DNA of 56,099 nt, taken from assembly GCA_919901925.1 (NCBI GenBank), contig CAKKQA010000036.1:1-56099 (forward strand). The letters run 5' to 3'. The DNA is from Omnitrophica bacterium GWA2_41_15. GTDB taxonomy: Bacteria > Omnitrophota > Gorgyraeia > Gygaellales > UBA12090. Each line of letters begins with the position of its first letter. Positions within the stretch are counted from its first letter, which is position 1. The notes under the pieces were generated by a model. It was given only the letters and a program-made list of their open reading frames with translations, was not told the origin of the DNA and searched no databases. Positions 53,282 to 56,099 of the stretch are shown here, piece by piece. The position numbers were made by a program, and so were the translations under genes.

Positions 53282-54865
53282 TTAATGATACTCCCTTTCA
53301 TGGGCCAATGTCAAATCCAGAAAACTACGCAGGCGCCTTGACCTGGTCGGATGCCTCAATTTCTTCAAAGCCTTTGCCTCTATCTGGCGAACCCTTTCCC
53401 GGGTAACCTTAAAAATACTTCCCACCTCTTCAAGGGTGCGCGCTGCGCCATCCTGCATCCCGAAACGAAGAAGCAATATCTTCCTTTCGCGTTCAGTCAA
53501 TGTATCAAGGACTTGAGTCATCTCTTCCTTTAGCATCGAACGCACAGTCGCGTTTGCCGGAGAAACCGCCTTTTTATCCTCGATAAAATCCCCGAAATGA
53601 GTATCCCCTTCGTCTCCTATCGGAGTCTGCAGGGAAATCGGCTCTTGCGCGATCTTTAAAATTGCCTTAACCTTATCCTGTGAAATACGCATATGCCTGG
53701 CTATCTCGTCGGGAAGCGGCTCGCGCCCGTTCTCCTGGACAAAAATCCTGCTAGTGCGGATAATTTTATTTATGGTCTCGGTCATATGCACCGGGATGCG
53801 AATTGTCCTTGCCTGATCGGCTATAGAACGGGTTATTGCCTGGCGGATCCACCAAGTAGCGTAAGTAGAAAACTTATAGCCTCTTTTGTATTCAAATTTT
53901 TCTACCGCCCGCATAAGCCCGATATTGCCTTCCTGAATCAAATCCAAAAAAGACAATCCCCTGTTGGTATATTTTTTAGCGATACTGACTACTAAACGCA
54001 GGTTTGCCTCGACTAATTTCTTTTTTGCGCGGCTGAATTTGATATATTTACCCCGCATTAATTTGGCATGCTCTTTGATTTTAGAATACGGCTGACCTAG
54101 CTGGTTAAAGATTTCGACCTTTCTCCTTTTAGCATGCGCGAGCTTTCCTCTTTTTTTAGCTGCTCCATCATCCATCCTTCTTAAAGAACCATCCAATTCC
54201 TTGACTAAATTAAAATATCCTCTGGCGATTTTTTCGATAACAGAAGTAGTAAATCCAAAACTTAAAAGCAATTTCGCGTTATCGCCGACCTTACGTGTAC
54301 GCCTAAGGCACGCTGCCCGATTGGCAAATCTTCTTAAAACTGCCTCTTTGCTTGTCTTTATCTCCTCCTTCAATATGTCTTCCAAATTTACTTCTCTTTC
54401 CAGCAGTTTATTAACCAATTTTAAGACCTCGTCCCGCGCGAAAGTGGTGGAATAAACCGCCTTGCGAAAATCATTTTCTGTTTCTTCGATTCTCTTAGCC
54501 AGCTCTATCTCTTGTTCGCGGGTAAGCAAAGATATAGACCCCATCTGCTTAAGATAAAGCTTAACCGGGTCATCCAAAGGAAGAAACCTGTCTTCAATAA
54601 TAAGTTTTTCTTCTGCCAGCTCTTTAGAGTCATCGAGATCTTCAGGCCTTTCCTTTTCTTTATCCTGGATGCCGTCTACGATACGAATATCCTCACTGCC
54701 TAAAAGGTCAAAAATCTCATCTATCTCTTCGGTAGAAGAAATATCTTCCGGAAGCAAATCATTGAGCTCGTCGTAAGTCAGAAAGCCCTTTTGCTTTCCC
54801 AGTACTATCAACTTTTTTAAATCGCGCTTAAAATCAAACTTTGCCATTTTTATATCGCTCCTCAC
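53282..54865 (-). CDS. rpoD: RNA polymerase primary sigma factor (sigma70)
   Basis: Region 2 ([12 protein letters not shown]), region 3 and region 4.2 ([18 protein letters not shown]) are present. Confidence 0.95.
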   Translation of the reverse strand: MRSDIKMAKFDFKRDLKKLIVLGKQKGFLTYDELNDLLPEDISSTEEIDEIFDLLGSEDIRIVDGIQDKEKERPEDLDDSKELAEEKLIIEDRFLPLDDPVKLYLKQMGSISLLTREQEIELAKRIEETENDFRKAVYSTTFARDEVLKLVNKLLEREVNLEDILKEEIKTSKEAVLRRFANRAACLRRTRKVGDNAKLLLSFGFTTSVIEKIARGYFNLVKELDGSLRRMDDGAAKKRGKLAHAKRRKVEIFNQLGQPYSKIKEHAKLMRGKYIKFSRAKKKLVEANLRLVVSIAKKYTNRGLSFLDLIQEGNIGLMRAVEKFEYKRGYKFSTYATWWIRQAITRSIADQARTIRIPVHMTETINKIIRTSRIFVQENGREPLPDEIARHMRISQDKVKAILKIAQEPISLQTPIGDEGDTHFGDFIEDKKAVSPANATVRSMLKEEMTQVLDTLTERERKILLLRFGMQDGAARTLEEVGSIFKVTRERVRQIEAKALKKLRHPTRSRRLRSFLDLTLAHEREYH

Positions 54866-56097
54866 TTTGGCTCTTTAGCCAGATCATGAAATTCTTTCAA
54901 TAGTTCCTTTAATTGCCCCTCATCATTTTCTTCTTGAGCTAACTTTATCCTTTCATGAAGGCCCTGCTGGCGTATTTTTCTTTTGTTCACGCGGATGTTG
55001 CGCAGGCAATCATTCAACACCTTATCCCTGTCAACTATTTCAGGCGCCTCTGCCGTAGATAGCTGACAAATGATATTAGATATGCCCTTTTCCGGTAAAT
55101 AATTAATCAGGCATTTAGGCTCGATCTTTTTCCCGTCAGAATATAACTGAAAAATCAGCTCCACAATCCTGCTTAAAGAACTATCCTGAAAATCCAGCGG
55201 GCTTAAATCTTTTTTTAGCCGGTCAATCAGGCCCTGCTCATGAAGCATAAGCTTAACCAGCAAATGCTCCGAAGACAAAACAGCTCTCGGCAAGGCTTGC
55301 TTAGGCCGCGTGTAGGCGCCCGAATACTCACCGGTATCTTTTATTTTTTTTAATTCGGCGATTAAAGCGGATTCTTCGATCCTTAATTCTTCGCCTAAGC
55401 GTTTTATGTAATGCGACTTTACAACCGCGTTATTAAATTTACTTATCGTCGTAAGCATCCCGGCGGCTATCTTTGCCTTATCAGTGATGCTCTCTAAATT
55501 TAAGCCTGTTTTTAATACCGCTAACTTGTAATCGAAAATATCTTTCGCGTCTTTTAAAAGCTGGCGAAACCCATCTACGCCAAACTTACGCGTAAATCCG
55601 TCGGGGTCATAGCCCTTAGGCAAAGGGGCAATCCGGACATTCAAATCTTCCTCTATCAAAAGATCAAGGCTTCTTATAGTAGCCAGCTGTCCGGCTGTAT
55701 CGCTGTCGTAAACCATTATTACGTTCTGCGAATAGCGTTTTAACAGGCGTATCTGCTGATTTGTCAAAGCCGTGCCGCAGCTGGCAACGATATTACAGAT
55801 GCCTTGCTGATAGGGCATGATCAAATCAAAATAACCCTCGACAATCACCGCGCAATCAGCCTCGCGGATGGCATCCTTGCTTACATTCAATCCAAAAAGG
55901 TTTTTACTTTTTGAGTAAACCGGTGTCTCCGGAGAATTCAAGTACTTAGGAAGGCTATTGTCAAGGACCCTCGCCCCAAAAGCTATCACGCGTTCTTTTA
56001 CGTCAAATATGGGGACTATTATCCTTTTGCGAAAACGGTCATAATACCCACCGCTCTCTTTTGCGATAACCAATCCGGCTTTTTCAATTAAGCCCAA
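54862..56097 (-). CDS. dnaG: DNA primase, 5'-truncated by the window end
   Basis: TOPRIM motifs (VEGYFD, DSDTAG) are present and the N-terminal zinc finger is missing. The ORF is open to the window edge and overlaps rpoD by 4 nt. Confidence 0.9.
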   Translation of the reverse strand: MGLIEKAGLVIAKESGGYYDRFRKRIIVPIFDVKERVIAFGARVLDNSLPKYLNSPETPVYSKSKNLFGLNVSKDAIREADCAVIVEGYFDLIMPYQQGICNIVASCGTALTNQQIRLLKRYSQNVIMVYDSDTAGQLATIRSLDLLIEEDLNVRIAPLPKGYDPDGFTRKFGVDGFRQLLKDAKDIFDYKLAVLKTGLNLESITDKAKIAAGMLTTISKFNNAVVKSHYIKRLGEELRIEESALIAELKKIKDTGEYSGAYTRPKQALPRAVLSSEHLLVKLMLHEQGLIDRLKKDLSPLDFQDSSLSRIVELIFQLYSDGKKIEPKCLINYLPEKGISNIICQLSTAEAPEIVDRDKVLNDCLRNIRVNKRKIRQQGLHERIKLAQEENDEGQLKELLKEFHDLAKEPK

Positions 56098-56099
56098 AG

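Noticed and set aside
53203-53406. A 67-aa plus-strand ORF spanning the rpoD terminator.
   Set aside because: It starts inside the hairpin/terminator region and runs antisense into the rpoD 3' end, with no coding signal.
1-56099. A mobile genetic element, prophage, defence island or toxin-antitoxin content.
   Set aside because: No integrase, transposase, recombinase, phage structural, restriction-modification, Cas, retron RT, abortive-infection or TA-like ORFs are recognisable. The only mobile-looking DNA is non-autonomous repeats.

Overview
This is a 56.1 kb, gene-dense, moderately AT-rich bacterial chromosome segment. 51 of 52 credible genes lie on the minus strand. The content is housekeeping plus envelope functions of a diderm bacterium (LptD and a secretin are present); the lineage cannot be assigned from sequence alone.

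Gene blocks in order:
1. Glycan-assembly cluster, 0.1-7.5 kb: a GT4, several GT2s, a SemiSWEET-like PQ-loop protein, a B12-binding radical SAM enzyme and a Wzx-like flippase. One GT2 is broken by a single in-frame TAG.
2. tyrS, rpsA, plsC, PGM/PMM, rpe, nadD, proA, proB, obg, rplU, RNase G/E.
3. Type IV pilus block: pilQ-P-O-N-M, a PilX-like gene, two minor pilins, aroD, and the major pilin.
4. Nucleotide-sugar genes (UXS, two dehydrogenases, rfbA/B/C-like), lptD, a ROK kinase, a MalK-like ATPase, accD, a DUF1015 protein and an FmdB zinc ribbon.
5. Heat-shock locus: hspR-like gene, CIRCE, then clpB-hrcA-grpE-dnaK-dnaJ.
6. A GT2, an O-antigen-ligase-like gene (the only plus-strand gene), a TPR/GT-C-like membrane protein, rpoD, and dnaG (5' end cut by the window edge).

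I saw no transposase, integrase, CRISPR array, tRNA/rRNA, reverse transcriptase, or recognisable defence or toxin module, so I cannot support a novel protein-encoded system here.

The unusual signal is in structured repeats:
- A covarying 14-bp-stem hairpin cassette sits in frame in the leaders of both minor pilin genes.
- A 29-nt perfect palindrome occurs four times. Two copies are read in frame, as the GrpE C-terminal tail and inside a GT2.
- There are two families of long-hairpin MITE-like elements, about 170 nt and about 105 nt, including a nested composite at 48.5-48.9 kb.
- Many intergenic hairpins have arms built from tandem heptanucleotide units.

All start codons are taken from the supplied ORF track and are approximate.
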